DNA from: Ferrithrix thermotolerans DSM 19514
GTDB lineage: Bacteria; Actinomycetota; Acidimicrobiia; Acidimicrobiales; Ilumatobacteraceae
Length of the DNA stretch: 60,388 nt
NCBI GenBank assembly: GCA_945885515.1
Contig: CAMCZA010000001.1
Span: 1-60,388, forward strand
Reading direction: 5' to 3'
Shown here piece by piece: positions 18,576 to 29,493 of this stretch (its first letter is position 1; each line of letters opens with the position of its first letter). A program made the position numbers and the translations under genes. Under the pieces are notes generated by a model, which worked only from the letters and a program-made list of their open reading frames with translations, did not search any database and was not told where the DNA came from.

Positions 18576-19559
18576 ATGACGCGCGCATTAATCACGGGCA
18601 TTACCGGACAAGACGGTCGCCACCTCGCTGAATTTTTGAACACCAAGGGATACGAAGTTTTCGGACTAGTCAAGGGTCAGAATAATCCAAAAGCCGAGTC
18701 AATTCGCGATGAGTTTCCGTTTGTTCAACTCGTGCCGGGCGACCTTGCAGATTTTTCAAGTCTGGTCAGCGCTCTTGAGATTTCGCAACCGGATGAGGTT
18801 TATAACCTCGGTGCAATTTCGTTCGTGGCGATGTCGTTTAATCAAGCCGAACTTACTGGCAACATAACTGGGCTCGGCGTTTTGCGAATGCTTGAAGCGA
18901 TTCGCCTGGTCGGTGGGTCTAGAAAGAGTCCAATCAGGTTTTATCAAGCGTCATCATCTGAGATGTTCGGCAAAGTTCGTGAAACTCCGCAAACAGAATT
19001 GACACCCTTCCATCCTCGTTCGCCATACGGAGTTGCAAAAGTTTTTGCACACGACATCACGGTGAACTATCGCGAAAGTTACGATATGTTCGCTTGCTCT
19101 GGAATTTTGTTTAATCACGAAGGTCCGCGGCGTGGACTTGAATTTGTCACGCGCAAAATAACAAACTCGGTTGCTCGCATCAAATTGGGTTTACAAAGTG
19201 AACTCGTGCTCGGAAATCTCGAGGCTAAGCGCGATTGGGGTTTTGCCGGCGACTATGTCGAGGCGATGTGGATGATGTTGCAACAGCCAACACCAGACGA
19301 TTTCGTGATTGCTACCGGCAAAGCGCATTCGATAGAGCAATTACTTGAGGTCGCGTTTGCTGCCGCCGAACTTGGTGACTGGCGACAATTCGTTCGCCAA
19401 GACCAGCGATTTTTTCGCCCTGCCGAAGTTGATTTGTTGATCGGCGATGCGACGAAAGCAAGAACGAAACTCGGCTGGACACCAAAAGTGGGTTTTGAGA
19501 GTTTGATTCAAATGATGGTTGTCAACGATTTAGATTACGAGTCAAAGCGCCGGAGATAG
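18576..19559 (+). CDS. gmd: GDP-mannose 4,6-dehydratase
   Basis: [26 protein letters not shown] and [10 protein letters not shown]. Confidence 0.9.
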   Translation: MTRALITGITGQDGRHLAEFLNTKGYEVFGLVKGQNNPKAESIRDEFPFVQLVPGDLADFSSLVSALEISQPDEVYNLGAISFVAMSFNQAELTGNITGLGVLRMLEAIRLVGGSRKSPIRFYQASSSEMFGKVRETPQTELTPFHPRSPYGVAKVFAHDITVNYRESYDMFACSGILFNHEGPRRGLEFVTRKITNSVARIKLGLQSELVLGNLEAKRDWGFAGDYVEAMWMMLQQPTPDDFVIATGKAHSIEQLLEVAFAAAELGDWRQFVRQDQRFFRPAEVDLLIGDATKARTKLGWTPKVGFESLIQMMVVNDLDYESKRRR

Positions 19560-20843
19560 CGAGCGCAACTGTGAGCGCAAACTTACAGCAAACGAAATTA
19601 GTCCAACCATAGAACTAATGACGAGCGCGACTTCGACGCGCAAAAATAAGTCATCGCTAACTTGCCACACGGTCAAAATATATGCGGCGAACGCAAGCGA
19701 CCATCCGAGAGCAACATGTTTGTGTCCGTTGAGTGCAATTACCGCCTGAGCAATCGCCAACGCCATCATGTAGATTCCGCTTGCAATTGCGAGCAGCGTG
19801 ATTGTTCGACGATCAATGCTTCCGCCGTAAACAAGGTCGAGCACATTTGGGCCGATTGTAAATGCACCGACTGCGCCGAGGACTCCAACACCAATAACCA
19901 AAATTACAAGTTGACGAAACCCAGTCTTAAATTCTTTGATGTCACCACGGGCCGCAAGTCTTGTCAGTCGTGGTAGCAACGCTGCCTGAACTGCTTGAAA
20001 TAAAAATAGAGGCACGCGAGTCAACAGCACTGCGTTGCCAAACAAAGTTACATTTTCAGCCGGGGCGGTTTCCCCGAGAAGCGCAACGGTGATCGGGCCC
20101 GCGTTGACCAATGCTGCAGCAAAAATTGATCCACCTAATAGCAGTCCAAGGTTTGGTGTGATCTCAGACCACGATGCTGGTGGGCCATCTTGCAGAGTTA
20201 ATTGACCAGAAAATAATATGATCAGCAACCCAACGAGTGGAGTGAGCACAACTGCAAGTGAGTAGGCGCCAAGTTGTGTTACACCTACTATCAATAAACC
20301 GAGACAGACCATGACCCGAACTGCACCATCTGCACCGACCGCAAAACCATAAGAATTAAATTTTCCGAGTCCCGAGCACAGGCCCTTGACCATATAAAAA
20401 GCACCGTAGACAACTATTGCAATTATCAAGCTGGCAGTAACGATTCCGTTTCCTTCAAATAAATTTTTGGTGATGAACGGGGCGAGAGCAATAATCGATC
20501 CGACCAAGCCGACGACGATTGCTCCACAAAGTATTGCAACTTTTTTAATGACTGGCGCTGCACCTTGACCGAGTGCACGACGATGAGAGATTGCGCGACT
20601 GATTTCTTGTTCAACCGGCAAAAAGAATCCGGGCGCAAGCGCAAACATTACAAACCAAAGTGAGACCAGAGGTTTAAAACCATCTTGGCCGAGTGCCTGT
20701 TGTCCAATTTTGAAAAACGCGTAGATAGTCAAGCCGGCGATTAGTAAGCCAATCGAGATCGAGATCGTGCCTTCTGGTAAGTCAACGCGCTTTCGTTGAG
20801 GAGACAGCGAAGAACTTGACGAACTCTCAGGTTGTCTTGCCAC
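19542..20843 (-). CDS. Polysaccharide flippase / MOP-superfamily membrane protein
   Basis: 433 aa with about 12 TM segments, inside a glycan gene cluster. Overlaps the gmd 3' end by 18 nt. Confidence 0.6.
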   Translation of the reverse strand: MARQPESSSSSSLSPQRKRVDLPEGTISISIGLLIAGLTIYAFFKIGQQALGQDGFKPLVSLWFVMFALAPGFFLPVEQEISRAISHRRALGQGAAPVIKKVAILCGAIVVGLVGSIIALAPFITKNLFEGNGIVTASLIIAIVVYGAFYMVKGLCSGLGKFNSYGFAVGADGAVRVMVCLGLLIVGVTQLGAYSLAVVLTPLVGLLIILFSGQLTLQDGPPASWSEITPNLGLLLGGSIFAAALVNAGPITVALLGETAPAENVTLFGNAVLLTRVPLFLFQAVQAALLPRLTRLAARGDIKEFKTGFRQLVILVIGVGVLGAVGAFTIGPNVLDLVYGGSIDRRTITLLAIASGIYMMALAIAQAVIALNGHKHVALGWSLAFAAYILTVWQVSDDLFLRVEVALVISSMVGLISFAVSLRSQLRSLSPAL

Positions 20844-20859
20844 TTGTTAAATAGATTGC

Positions 20860-21042
20860 TTAGAACTGCTTGGCAATTTGATCTTTGAACTTTGTCATTG
20901 CTTCGCGACGGCAGACCTGTGTTTTTTGAAATGTCAGAATTCCAAATCCCACCGCTATATAAGTTGCATCTTTGGCGAATGCCAGAACATCCGCAGCTTT
21001 TACTGGTCCAAGTTTTAGGTCGTTCAAATTGATGTCGCGCAT
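20860..21042 (-). CDS. Small hypothetical protein (60 aa, one hydrophobic segment)
   Basis: The ORF fills the gap between the flippase and the GT2 gene. No motif recognised. Coding status is uncertain. Confidence 0.4.
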   Translation of the reverse strand: MRDINLNDLKLGPVKAADVLAFAKDATYIAVGFGILTFQKTQVCRREAMTKFKDQIAKQF

Positions 21043-21112
21043 GTTGTCTCCGATACTCGTTTAGTTTATAGAGATCTATCCAATAAATTGCCGCAAGTAG
21101 TCTTAGAACGCC

Positions 21113-24100
21113 ATGAGTTTTACTAGATCACGAGACGCCGGGTTGCAGGGGAATGCTGCTCCTCCCGTAGTGACAGCGATGGTGGTTCACGAACCAGGAC
21201 CATGGTTTGACGAAGTCCTCAACTCGATAGTCAGCCAAGATTATCCGGAGGTTCGCAATATATTTTTTATTACGACACCATCAACAACTGACCCGGCAGT
21301 AAAGCAAGTATCACAGCAGTTGGCAAACAGAATTCAAACTGTTCTGCCAAATGCGATCATCAGAATTGTTGAGGGCAACCCAGGCTTTGGTCCGCTAATT
21401 AATGAGATTCAGCGAATTGTTGAGGGTGATGGCGGTCTGTTTTGTGTGATGCATGACGATGTTGCGCTAAGTTCATCTGCTCTCAGCCAGTTAGTGCATG
21501 AACTTTTTGTTTCAAATGCCGCGGTAGTTGGTCCGAAACTTGTCGAATGGGAAAACACAGCAATCTTAAAATCTGTCGGATTCGGAATAGATCGAAGTGG
21601 TGAAGTTGACACTTTCATCGAACCCAACGAACGCGATCAAGAGCAACATGACTCGATCAGAGATGTTTTTTACATCAGCTCTGCGTGCATGCTGGTTCGC
21701 TCAGATTTGTTTCGTGAACTAAATGGATTTTGTCCCGAAATTCCATTTTTTGGCGAAGACCTAGAGTTTTGTTGGCGGGCTCACCTGAGTGGCGCGCGAG
21801 TAATTATCGTTCCTACAGCCGTTGCCCGACATCGAGAGCAGTTCGCGAGCCGCTCACCGAATATTGCAAGAAGTGCGCTAACAGCAAGGCATAGAGCGCG
21901 AACGGTCGCAACGCTGACATGGCGGTTTGAACTCCTGATCGTGTGGTTGCAGATGGTCTTGACTTCGCTCGCTGAGACAGTCGTCGGGTTATTCAGAGGT
22001 ACTTTTAGAGAGTCATTGTTAAACCTTCGAGCATCTCTGTCGTTATTGGTCGACACTGCTTATATTTTGCGTCGTCGCCGTCAGGTTCGGCCGGTTCGCC
22101 GAGTTCGAGCAAGTGAAATAAGCAAATTACAAATAAAAGGTTCGGCGCGGATCACAAGGTTTATTCGTCGCCGTCAATCATTTGATTCATCTAGTTCATC
22201 TCGGTTATCGCCGACTGACTTGGTAACTGAATCGAGAAAAGTCAGTCGTGAAAGTTCGACGCGTGAGTCAGCGATCGTAACACTTGTTGTGTTTGCATTG
22301 ATCGTTGTCGGCAGTCGTGGAATTATTAGTAGTGGTACTCAAACCATTGGCGAGTTTTTGCCGTTCGAGGGTGGAACAAATACCCCGGCTTCGTTATTCG
22401 ATCTGTTTCGTTCGGGTTGGTGGGCAAGTGGCTTTGGTCAGGCGGCCTCGAATCCAACCGGAATTGGAATTCTCGCACTATTGGGGTACTTGTTTTTAGG
22501 CAAATTAGCCGCACTTCAAACTTGGATGATTGTCGGTTCATTATTTGTTGGTTTTTTTGGAATGTGGCGTCTATGTGGTGTTTTTTTCAACAGTCGCGCC
22601 CGTTTGGTTGGGGCAACGGTGTATGTTGCTTTGCCACTTTCACATGACGCAATTGCTCGTGGTCGGTTCTCGGCATTGTTGACGATTGCCGCGCTGCCGT
22701 GGGTCTTTGATCTATTGCGACGCGCAGGAGGTCTACAGCCGGCACTTCGAGTTGACCCCGCAACAAATTTGCCGATTGATAATTCTGAAAAATCAATCGA
22801 AATTGGCATATCGCGTCGGACACAGCTGATTGCTGGTTTGGTTTTAATTCTCGGGATTGTCAGTGCGTTTGCTTCGGCCCTTTTAATCGCAACTCTGATC
22901 GGTGTCGTCTTATGGTCGGTCGCATCAATGTTCGGCGGCACTTCGCTGAGAACTGTTGGCATGATGCTTGCAGTTGGTGTTATCGGTGTTGTTGGTTCGT
23001 TGTTGATAAATCTTCCATGGTCGATGCATTTTGTTTCAGCGCAGTGGTGGCAGTTGCTTGCAAGCGATCAACTAATCAGCGAAAGAAATTTGGGGTTGGT
23101 TGCTCTTGCGAGTATGAACTTCGGCGATCTAAGTGGCGTATCACTTGTGCTCGCCAGTTATTTTTGTGTGGCGTGTGCATTATTGATCGCCAATAGTTGG
23201 CGGTTTGTTTGGGCGTTGCGCTCAGCATTTTTGGTAATTGGCGGATTACTAATGGCAATTTTGGACGATCGCGGATTACTGCCATTTCAGATGCCAGAAC
23301 CCACGGTTCTTTTGGCTTTAGTTGCTTGCGGTGTGGCGTTAGCAAGCGCAACTTGTGCCAGTGTTTTTTCTGAAACTTCCACCAAGAAATATTCTGACTG
23401 GCGAAGATCGGTTGTGATACTTGTGCCCGTGGCACTCGTGATTGCGGTTTTGCCTACTTTGTTGAATGTCGCCGATGGTCGCTGGCATCAGCCTGCCTCT
23501 ACCGTGTCGCAACTATTTACGCAGATGCCTGATAATCCACCAGAAGGAAACTACCGAATATTATTTGTCGGCGAAAGTGATTTGTTGCCAGTTTCGACGA
23601 ATGCGATCACCAACAAAATTTCGTACGGAGTTTCTGACGATGGCCCCGTGAATATTATTTCGCACTGGGCACCGCAATATACGACAATGAACTCATCTGC
23701 CGATCGTGCGCTAAAAACATTGTTGGATCGCCACACCGTTCGGTTGGGCAGACTAGTTGCGCCTCTGGCAATTCGTTATGTTGTCGTGCCGCTTGGGTTT
23801 GCCCCGAGTGATTCGGCAACTGCGCTTGTTGATTCGCTGTCGAATCAAATTGATCTTCGGCGCTTGTACTTTGCACAGGATCTGGTGATTTTCGAAAACG
23901 CCGCTTGGCTGCCGATCGTTAGTTTGTTGGATGAAGAGTCGTCAGTTGGCAGTCAAAAAGATGGTGACCCAGCATTGATCATGCAAGAGCTTCAATCGAT
24001 CAAGCCACTGTTCGTAGATGGAAATAGTGTTTCAAATAAAGCCGCGGCGAGTTCGTTTGAAGGCGGAACCGTGCATTTGTCTGTACCTTTTGACGAAAAT

Positions 24101-24394
24101 TGGCGTCTCTTGGTTGATGGCGCTCGACTGATTCCGCGTGCGGCATTTGGTGCGACGACTGGTTTTGATGCACCCGTCAAGGGCGTCGCCGAATTGAGCT
24201 TTCATACATCGTCACTGCGTTTTCTATTCTTACTAATTCAAGGTTTGGTTTGGTTTGCATTGCTGATCATTGCAGCAAACTTCTCCCGGTTTAGAAGTCG
24301 AGCGCGTGGTGTTTCTGGTCAGACCGTGCGTGTGATCGGCGACGATACTGACAAGGTCTTAAAACTAGATCGAATCAATAAAAGTAATAGTTGA
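21113..24394 (+). CDS. Glycosyltransferase family 2 domain fused to a large polytopic membrane/extracytoplasmic region
   Basis: N-terminal GT-A domain (VVHEPGPWFDEVLNSIVSQDYP, MHDDV, FFGEDLEFCWR) followed by many TM segments. 1093 aa. Confidence 0.75.
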   Translation: MSFTRSRDAGLQGNAAPPVVTAMVVHEPGPWFDEVLNSIVSQDYPEVRNIFFITTPSTTDPAVKQVSQQLANRIQTVLPNAIIRIVEGNPGFGPLINEIQRIVEGDGGLFCVMHDDVALSSSALSQLVHELFVSNAAVVGPKLVEWENTAILKSVGFGIDRSGEVDTFIEPNERDQEQHDSIRDVFYISSACMLVRSDLFRELNGFCPEIPFFGEDLEFCWRAHLSGARVIIVPTAVARHREQFASRSPNIARSALTARHRARTVATLTWRFELLIVWLQMVLTSLAETVVGLFRGTFRESLLNLRASLSLLVDTAYILRRRRQVRPVRRVRASEISKLQIKGSARITRFIRRRQSFDSSSSSRLSPTDLVTESRKVSRESSTRESAIVTLVVFALIVVGSRGIISSGTQTIGEFLPFEGGTNTPASLFDLFRSGWWASGFGQAASNPTGIGILALLGYLFLGKLAALQTWMIVGSLFVGFFGMWRLCGVFFNSRARLVGATVYVALPLSHDAIARGRFSALLTIAALPWVFDLLRRAGGLQPALRVDPATNLPIDNSEKSIEIGISRRTQLIAGLVLILGIVSAFASALLIATLIGVVLWSVASMFGGTSLRTVGMMLAVGVIGVVGSLLINLPWSMHFVSAQWWQLLASDQLISERNLGLVALASMNFGDLSGVSLVLASYFCVACALLIANSWRFVWALRSAFLVIGGLLMAILDDRGLLPFQMPEPTVLLALVACGVALASATCASVFSETSTKKYSDWRRSVVILVPVALVIAVLPTLLNVADGRWHQPASTVSQLFTQMPDNPPEGNYRILFVGESDLLPVSTNAITNKISYGVSDDGPVNIISHWAPQYTTMNSSADRALKTLLDRHTVRLGRLVAPLAIRYVVVPLGFAPSDSATALVDSLSNQIDLRRLYFAQDLVIFENAAWLPIVSLLDEESSVGSQKDGDPALIMQELQSIKPLFVDGNSVSNKAAASSFEGGTVHLSVPFDENWRLLVDGARLIPRAAFGATTGFDAPVKGVAELSFHTSSLRFLFLLIQGLVWFALLIIAANFSRFRSRARGVSGQTVRVIGDDTDKVLKLDRINKSNS

Positions 24395-25911
24395 TCATGC
24401 AAATCTTGATTAAAAATACTCGCAGACTTGCTGTTGTTTTAATTTTGCTCGGGGCGACGGCTTCAATAGTTCTGCTCAGCAGAGTTTCGCTGACCACTGA
24501 AGACCCAGCGCGCGCAGTTATTGCCAATTCGAAACTTGCGATGCCAAGTGTTGTTGGCAACTCGCCAACATCATCTTGGTTTTGCCCTGGTGCGCCAGGT
24601 CGAGACAAAAACATTAAGAGCGAAATTGTTGTTGCGAACCCAACACAAGTGCCGATCACCGGGACGATCAGCGTTTTGTCAAACGAGGAACCAGCATTTT
24701 CTACAACCGTGATAATTGCACCCTTAACTCGTGGCGTCTTCGACGCTACGCAGGGGCGCAAAAGTCAATACATGAGCGCAATAATTGAACTTGACAGTGG
24801 TCAAGCGAGTGTTGAACAGCGAATCGTTCATCCTGCTGGAGATTCAATTTCTTTGTGCGCAAACCAAACCTCGGACCGCTGGTTTTTTGCCGATGGATTT
24901 ACTGGTGCAGAAAGTTCCTTTGAAATCTTGTTAACGAATCCGTTCCCAGATGCGACCGTGGTTGATTTGAGTTTCGTGACAATTGAGGGAAGCCGTCAAC
25001 CCGCAGCGCTAAAAGGAATTGTCCTACCTGGTCGCAGTGTGACTGGTATTTCAATGGGCGATCAAGGTGCGCGCAATGAAGCAACCCTTGCAGTAAGTGT
25101 TCGTGCGACCTCTGGTCGTTTTATTGCAGGTAAGTTGCAACACTTTCTGGGCCGTGGTCGTCTCGGTTTTGCTTCTGCTTTGGGGGCCTCTTCAACGAGT
25201 CGACAGTGGTGGTTTGCGTCAGGCGAAAAAGGACCAGGCATTGATGAGCAACTTGTCGTCTTTAACCCAACGCAAATTGATCAAACTGTCAGCGTCGCAT
25301 TTCTTACTGGTGCAGCAGAAGCCTTGCTTCGAGAGCCGCTTGTCCTCAATGTCCCTGCGGGAAGAGTGACGACGCTTTCAACTTCGAATCTTCCGGCGAT
25401 CACCGATGGGCGGTACGGAATATTTATTTCAAGCGTGACCAATGATTTCATAACTTCGGCCGACAACGCTCTTGCTGAATTTGTTGTAGTTGAGCAAGTA
25501 GTGACTAAAACTATTGAAAAGAAAACTGGAACCTCTGTGATTTTGGGTGCTCCATCTGGCTCTCCATCTCGAACATGGACATCCCCGAGCGGTCTTGTTG
25601 TTGGAGATGTCGGTTCACTTGTAATCGCCAATACAACTTCGCTAGATGCCACATTGCGTGTTTCAACAGTTGGTCCATCGGGAGCAGCACCGATCGTCGG
25701 GCTTGAACAAGTTGCCCTTGCAGGAGCGGCCGTCCTCTCAATTCAAATACCTTTGGCTATTGCCCAACTTCAGATTCTCGTCGAGTCAGATACAGAAGTA
25801 GTCGTGCAACGCGAAGTCGCGCGAGGTCATCAACTTCTTGGATCAAGTGCGGTGATGGCATTGCCATATCGTCTGTTGTTAAATTCAAACAACAATTCGG
25901 GCGACAAATAG
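24391..25911 (+). CDS. Secreted/membrane-anchored conserved protein, DUF5719-like (assigned by position after the large GT2)
   Basis: N-terminal TM/signal segment LAVVLILLGATASIVLL. Coupled to the GT2 stop. The family assignment comes from remembered synteny and was not tested. Confidence 0.45.
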   Translation: MIMQILIKNTRRLAVVLILLGATASIVLLSRVSLTTEDPARAVIANSKLAMPSVVGNSPTSSWFCPGAPGRDKNIKSEIVVANPTQVPITGTISVLSNEEPAFSTTVIIAPLTRGVFDATQGRKSQYMSAIIELDSGQASVEQRIVHPAGDSISLCANQTSDRWFFADGFTGAESSFEILLTNPFPDATVVDLSFVTIEGSRQPAALKGIVLPGRSVTGISMGDQGARNEATLAVSVRATSGRFIAGKLQHFLGRGRLGFASALGASSTSRQWWFASGEKGPGIDEQLVVFNPTQIDQTVSVAFLTGAAEALLREPLVLNVPAGRVTTLSTSNLPAITDGRYGIFISSVTNDFITSADNALAEFVVVEQVVTKTIEKKTGTSVILGAPSGSPSRTWTSPSGLVVGDVGSLVIANTTSLDATLRVSTVGPSGAAPIVGLEQVALAGAAVLSIQIPLAIAQLQILVESDTEVVVQREVARGHQLLGSSAVMALPYRLLLNSNNNSGDK

Positions 25912-26342
25912 TGGAAAAAATTGTTGCTTCGATAATTTTATTGATTGCCGCAATATTGAGTTTTATTGTTCGTAGGCGCAAGCCAGACGCCCCATCGCAA
26001 ACATCGCATGTCGTGCCGCAACAACTAAGTAGAAAAGATTTCGAGCACAGTCAAAAGCCGTGGTTACTTGCAGTGTTCACTTCGTCGACTTGTGATGCGT
26101 GTCAAGATGTGGCGACCAAAGCAAAAGTTCTCGCGAGCAAAGATGTTGTGGTACAGATTATTGATTATCTAGATAGGCGAGACCTTCATGCGCGGTATTC
26201 AATTGATGCAGTACCAACGACGGTGATCGCCGATCATCTTGGAGTTGTGAGATTTGGGGTACTTGGGCCAATTACTGCGACAGATTTATGGGCGGCAATG
26301 GCGCGATGTCGAGATCCGCAAACCTCGGCAGAACTTTGTTGA
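25911..26342 (+). CDS. Membrane-anchored thioredoxin-fold protein (CxxC)
   Basis: N-terminal TM segment. FTSSTCDACQ CxxC motif and a cis-Pro-like AVPTT motif. Confidence 0.6.
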   Translation: MEKIVASIILLIAAILSFIVRRRKPDAPSQTSHVVPQQLSRKDFEHSQKPWLLAVFTSSTCDACQDVATKAKVLASKDVVVQIIDYLDRRDLHARYSIDAVPTTVIADHLGVVRFGVLGPITATDLWAAMARCRDPQTSAELC

Positions 26343-26354
26343 AGCCCAATTTTT

Positions 26355-28433
26355 TTATTCGTTAATTTCGCTTGGCTTTACTCCGGGTGATGGTTCAACA
26401 ATTTGTGGTCGGCCCAAGCCTTGTTGAACGAGCCGCGAAACCGTAGCGCCGTCAATCGTCTCTTGTTCGAGCAACAGTTCGGCAACGAGATCTAACCCAG
26501 CACGATTCTTTTCGAGCAGGACACCTGCTCGAACTTCTTGTTGACGAAGAATCAAACCGATCTCAGAGTCGATCATTCGTGCTGTCTCATCTGAGTATTC
26601 ACGACCACTTGTCATTAGATCTTCCCCAAGAAATACCTGTTGTTGTCCACTCCAGGCCATTGGTCCGACTGCGTCGCTCATGCCCCACTCGCGAACCATT
26701 CGCCGGGCAATTGAAGTTGCCTGTTCGAGGTCGTTGGCTGCACCACTATTGAGATGGCCAAACACAATCATTTCAGCGACTCGACCGCCCATGGCTTTGC
26801 AAATCATGTCGTTGAAATATTCTCGCGAATATGTGTGACGTTCTTCGGGAAGTGTCCAAGTGATTCCGAGTGCTAACCCGCGCGGCAAAATTGTTACTTT
26901 GTGCAACGGATCGCTATTTGGCAAAACGGTCGCCAGCACCGCATGGCCACTCTCGTGATATGCAGTTGCCCGTTTCTCTTCGGCGTTTAACACGAGACTC
27001 TCACGGCGAGCACCCATGATCACGCGATCGCGCGCATTTTCAAAGTCGATGTGTTCAATAATTTTTGAACCACGACGAACCGCAAGAAGCGCAGCCTCGT
27101 TAATTAGGTTCGCAAGGTCTGCACCACTCATTCCAGGTGTTGCTTTAGCAATCGTTTCGAGCACGATGTCTGTGCCCATTCGCTTGCCTTTTGAGTGAAC
27201 TCGCAGAATCGCCAATCGCTCTTCACACTCTGGCAGTGGCATTATCACTTGACGATCAAATCGACCAGGGCGCAGCAACGCAGCATCCAAAATGTCGGGG
27301 CGATTAGTTGCCGCCATGACGATGACGCCTTCGGTTGTTTCAAAGCCGTCCATTTCGGCGAGCAATTGATTAAGCGTCTGCTCGCGCTCATCGTGTCCGC
27401 CACCGAGACCGGCGCCACGCTTGCGACCGATTGAGTCGATTTCGTCAACGAAGATAATTGCTCGTCCCATTTTTCGTGCCTGCTGAAACAGGTCGCGCAC
27501 TCGGCTTGCGCCAACACCAACGAACATCTCCATGAAGTCAGAACCTGTTACCGATAAGAACCCGACTCCAGCTTCGCCAGCAACTGCCCTTGCAAAAAGT
27601 GTCTTGCCTGTTCCGGGGGGACCAACTAGCAGCACACCTTTTGGCACTCGCGCACCAATCTCTTTGAAACTTTCAGGCATCTTCAAGAAGTCAACAACCT
27701 CTTTAATTTCTTGCTTCACACCGTCGTATCCGGCGACATCAGCAAAAGTTGTTGCCGGCTTATCGGCATTGTAATTTTTTGCACGACTGCGACCAATTGA
27801 CATGATGCTGCCCGCTTGGCCCATTGCACGTTTTTGCATCCATAGGAAAAAACCCATGATCAGAAAAAATGGCAACAACAATGGAATCAAATTGGTGAGG
27901 AAGTTTCCTTGAGGGGTTGAATAGTCGTAGTCAACACCTTTTTCTTTGAGCAAGGTTTCGTCGCTTGCAGAGAGTGCGACTGCGCCAGTTGTTCTGAACT
28001 CGCCACCGTCTTTAAGTTTTCCGCTGATGACATTCGACAAATTATTGATCTCGACACTTGAGACTTGGTTTTGCTTAACGCGGTCTAAAAACTCGGTGTA
28101 GCTCAGTTTGGTTGCAGTTGAACTTGGCCAAATACGTGGACCGACAACCAACAACACCATGACCGCAACGATCGCCCAAGTTGCCCACTTTGGCATCGCT
28201 GATTTTTGATTGTCTCCTGCTGTGGCACCACTATTGCCGGTGTTCTTGGTTGAACTTTTGCCAGTGAAGTTGCCGAACTTGCTACCTGATTTTTTTTGCT
28301 TTCCAGAATTGCGTTTTGGAGATGGCTTTGATGGTGGTGGAGGCGGGGGGAGTTTTGTCACGAGTCCAATGATACGACCAGCCTGTGTTTCGCAACACGG
28401 GCAGAACATGAACTGAGGCATCTGCTTATCCAC
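26355..28433 (-). CDS. ftsH: ATP-dependent zinc metalloprotease FtsH; N-terminus uncertain (GTG 28433, or ATG 28196 just before TM1)
   Basis: Walker A GPPGTGKT, Walker [32 protein letters not shown], and HEXXH as YHESGHAV. Confidence 0.9.
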   Translation of the reverse strand: MDKQMPQFMFCPCCETQAGRIIGLVTKLPPPPPPSKPSPKRNSGKQKKSGSKFGNFTGKSSTKNTGNSGATAGDNQKSAMPKWATWAIVAVMVLLVVGPRIWPSSTATKLSYTEFLDRVKQNQVSSVEINNLSNVISGKLKDGGEFRTTGAVALSASDETLLKEKGVDYDYSTPQGNFLTNLIPLLLPFFLIMGFFLWMQKRAMGQAGSIMSIGRSRAKNYNADKPATTFADVAGYDGVKQEIKEVVDFLKMPESFKEIGARVPKGVLLVGPPGTGKTLFARAVAGEAGVGFLSVTGSDFMEMFVGVGASRVRDLFQQARKMGRAIIFVDEIDSIGRKRGAGLGGGHDEREQTLNQLLAEMDGFETTEGVIVMAATNRPDILDAALLRPGRFDRQVIMPLPECEERLAILRVHSKGKRMGTDIVLETIAKATPGMSGADLANLINEAALLAVRRGSKIIEHIDFENARDRVIMGARRESLVLNAEEKRATAYHESGHAVLATVLPNSDPLHKVTILPRGLALGITWTLPEERHTYSREYFNDMICKAMGGRVAEMIVFGHLNSGAANDLEQATSIARRMVREWGMSDAVGPMAWSGQQQVFLGEDLMTSGREYSDETARMIDSEIGLILRQQEVRAGVLLEKNRAGLDLVAELLLEQETIDGATVSRLVQQGLGRPQIVEPSPGVKPSEINE

Positions 28434-28468
28434 CTAGTTGATGCGCTGGTGAATTACCGTAGTGATAT

Positions 28469-28699
28469 ATGGCTCGTCGGTGTTCTCGTTCTACTTGCAG
28501 TGAACTCGCAACAATTACTCTGACATATCAATACAGTCGCGCACTTATTTGGGTGGATGATTTAACCAATGATCGTGACCCGCATGCATACGATCTGTGC
28601 GAGCGTCACGGTGCGCGAATTACGGCGCCATCTGGTTGGCGTCTTGAAGATCGTCGAAGTCGCTTTCGAGTTGCTGAGCCAAACCGCCTGGCGGGATGA
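28469..28699 (+). CDS. DUF3499 family protein
   Basis: CSRSTCSELATITLTY...DPHAYDLCERHGARITAPSGWRLEDRR is a typical DUF3499 signature. Confidence 0.7.
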   Translation: MARRCSRSTCSELATITLTYQYSRALIWVDDLTNDRDPHAYDLCERHGARITAPSGWRLEDRRSRFRVAEPNRLAG

Positions 28700-29457
28700 G
28701 TCAGGCGCCATGGGCCCCACCATTCGGGCAGGAGCCTGCTAGCCAGACAGAACAAGAGTCGGCTACAAAATTTTCAATTCGCATCGTGTTGGGTGTGTGG
28801 ACAGCAAGTTATGCGATCGCAATAATTCTTACGTCTCTGATTTTGGTGCTGACCGGCAACACCGATAAACCAAGTGGCGCCGAACCGAATTGGTTTCTCG
28901 GAGTCACGGCAGTTTTTTTGTGGGGGCCGTTTGTTGGTGGATTAATTATGGTTTCCCGTCGAGTTGGTAGTGGCAGCTTGATGAAAGATTTTTTTGTGAG
29001 TTTTCGATTGGTTGACCTGGTCGGTGTGCCGATCGGTGTGATTAGTCAAGTTTTTTTAGTTGGTCTGGTTACTTGGCCATTTAGAGTTTTGTTTCCCGAA
29101 AAATTCGATGTAGAAAATGTCGAGAAGCGGGCTCGAGATCTTTTCAACAATGCTCAAGGGGTCTGGCTTGGCGTGCTGATTATCGTTGTTGTTTTTGGTG
29201 CGCCAGTTGTCGAAGAACTCGTGTATCGCGGATTAATTCAAGGACACCTGCGCAGGTCAATCAATCAATACGCTGCGCTGCTAATTACCGCAGTTTGGTT
29301 TGCTGGCATTCATTTGCAAGTTGTCGAGTTTCCTGGTTTGTTTGCGTTTGCACTGGTTCTTGGAACTTGTTTTCATTTTACAAAACGGCTCGGCATGTCG
29401 GTTTTGGCTCACGTTGCTTTTAATGCAACCGGGCTTGTGCTTGTTGCATTTCTGTGA
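28696..29457 (+). CDS. CPBP (CAAX) family intramembrane glutamic endopeptidase
   Basis: EELVYRG, FAGIH and HVAFN motifs in a multi-TM protein. Confidence 0.8.
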   Translation: MSQAPWAPPFGQEPASQTEQESATKFSIRIVLGVWTASYAIAIILTSLILVLTGNTDKPSGAEPNWFLGVTAVFLWGPFVGGLIMVSRRVGSGSLMKDFFVSFRLVDLVGVPIGVISQVFLVGLVTWPFRVLFPEKFDVENVEKRARDLFNNAQGVWLGVLIIVVVFGAPVVEELVYRGLIQGHLRRSINQYAALLITAVWFAGIHLQVVEFPGLFAFALVLGTCFHFTKRLGMSVLAHVAFNATGLVLVAFL

Positions 29458-29493
29458 GTGTTAAATTTGTTTTAAGACTAGAGTTTTAAAATC

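Noticed and set aside
20860-21042. Small ORF as the missing WhiB2-type regulator
   Set aside because: It has only one cysteine and a hydrophobic central segment. The four-Cys Fe-S cluster pattern is absent.
28318-28350. G-rich run (ggtggtggaggcgggggg) as a repeat or G-quadruplex element
   Set aside because: It is the complement of the poly-Pro codons in the putative FtsH N-terminal extension. It is a single short tract with no array structure.
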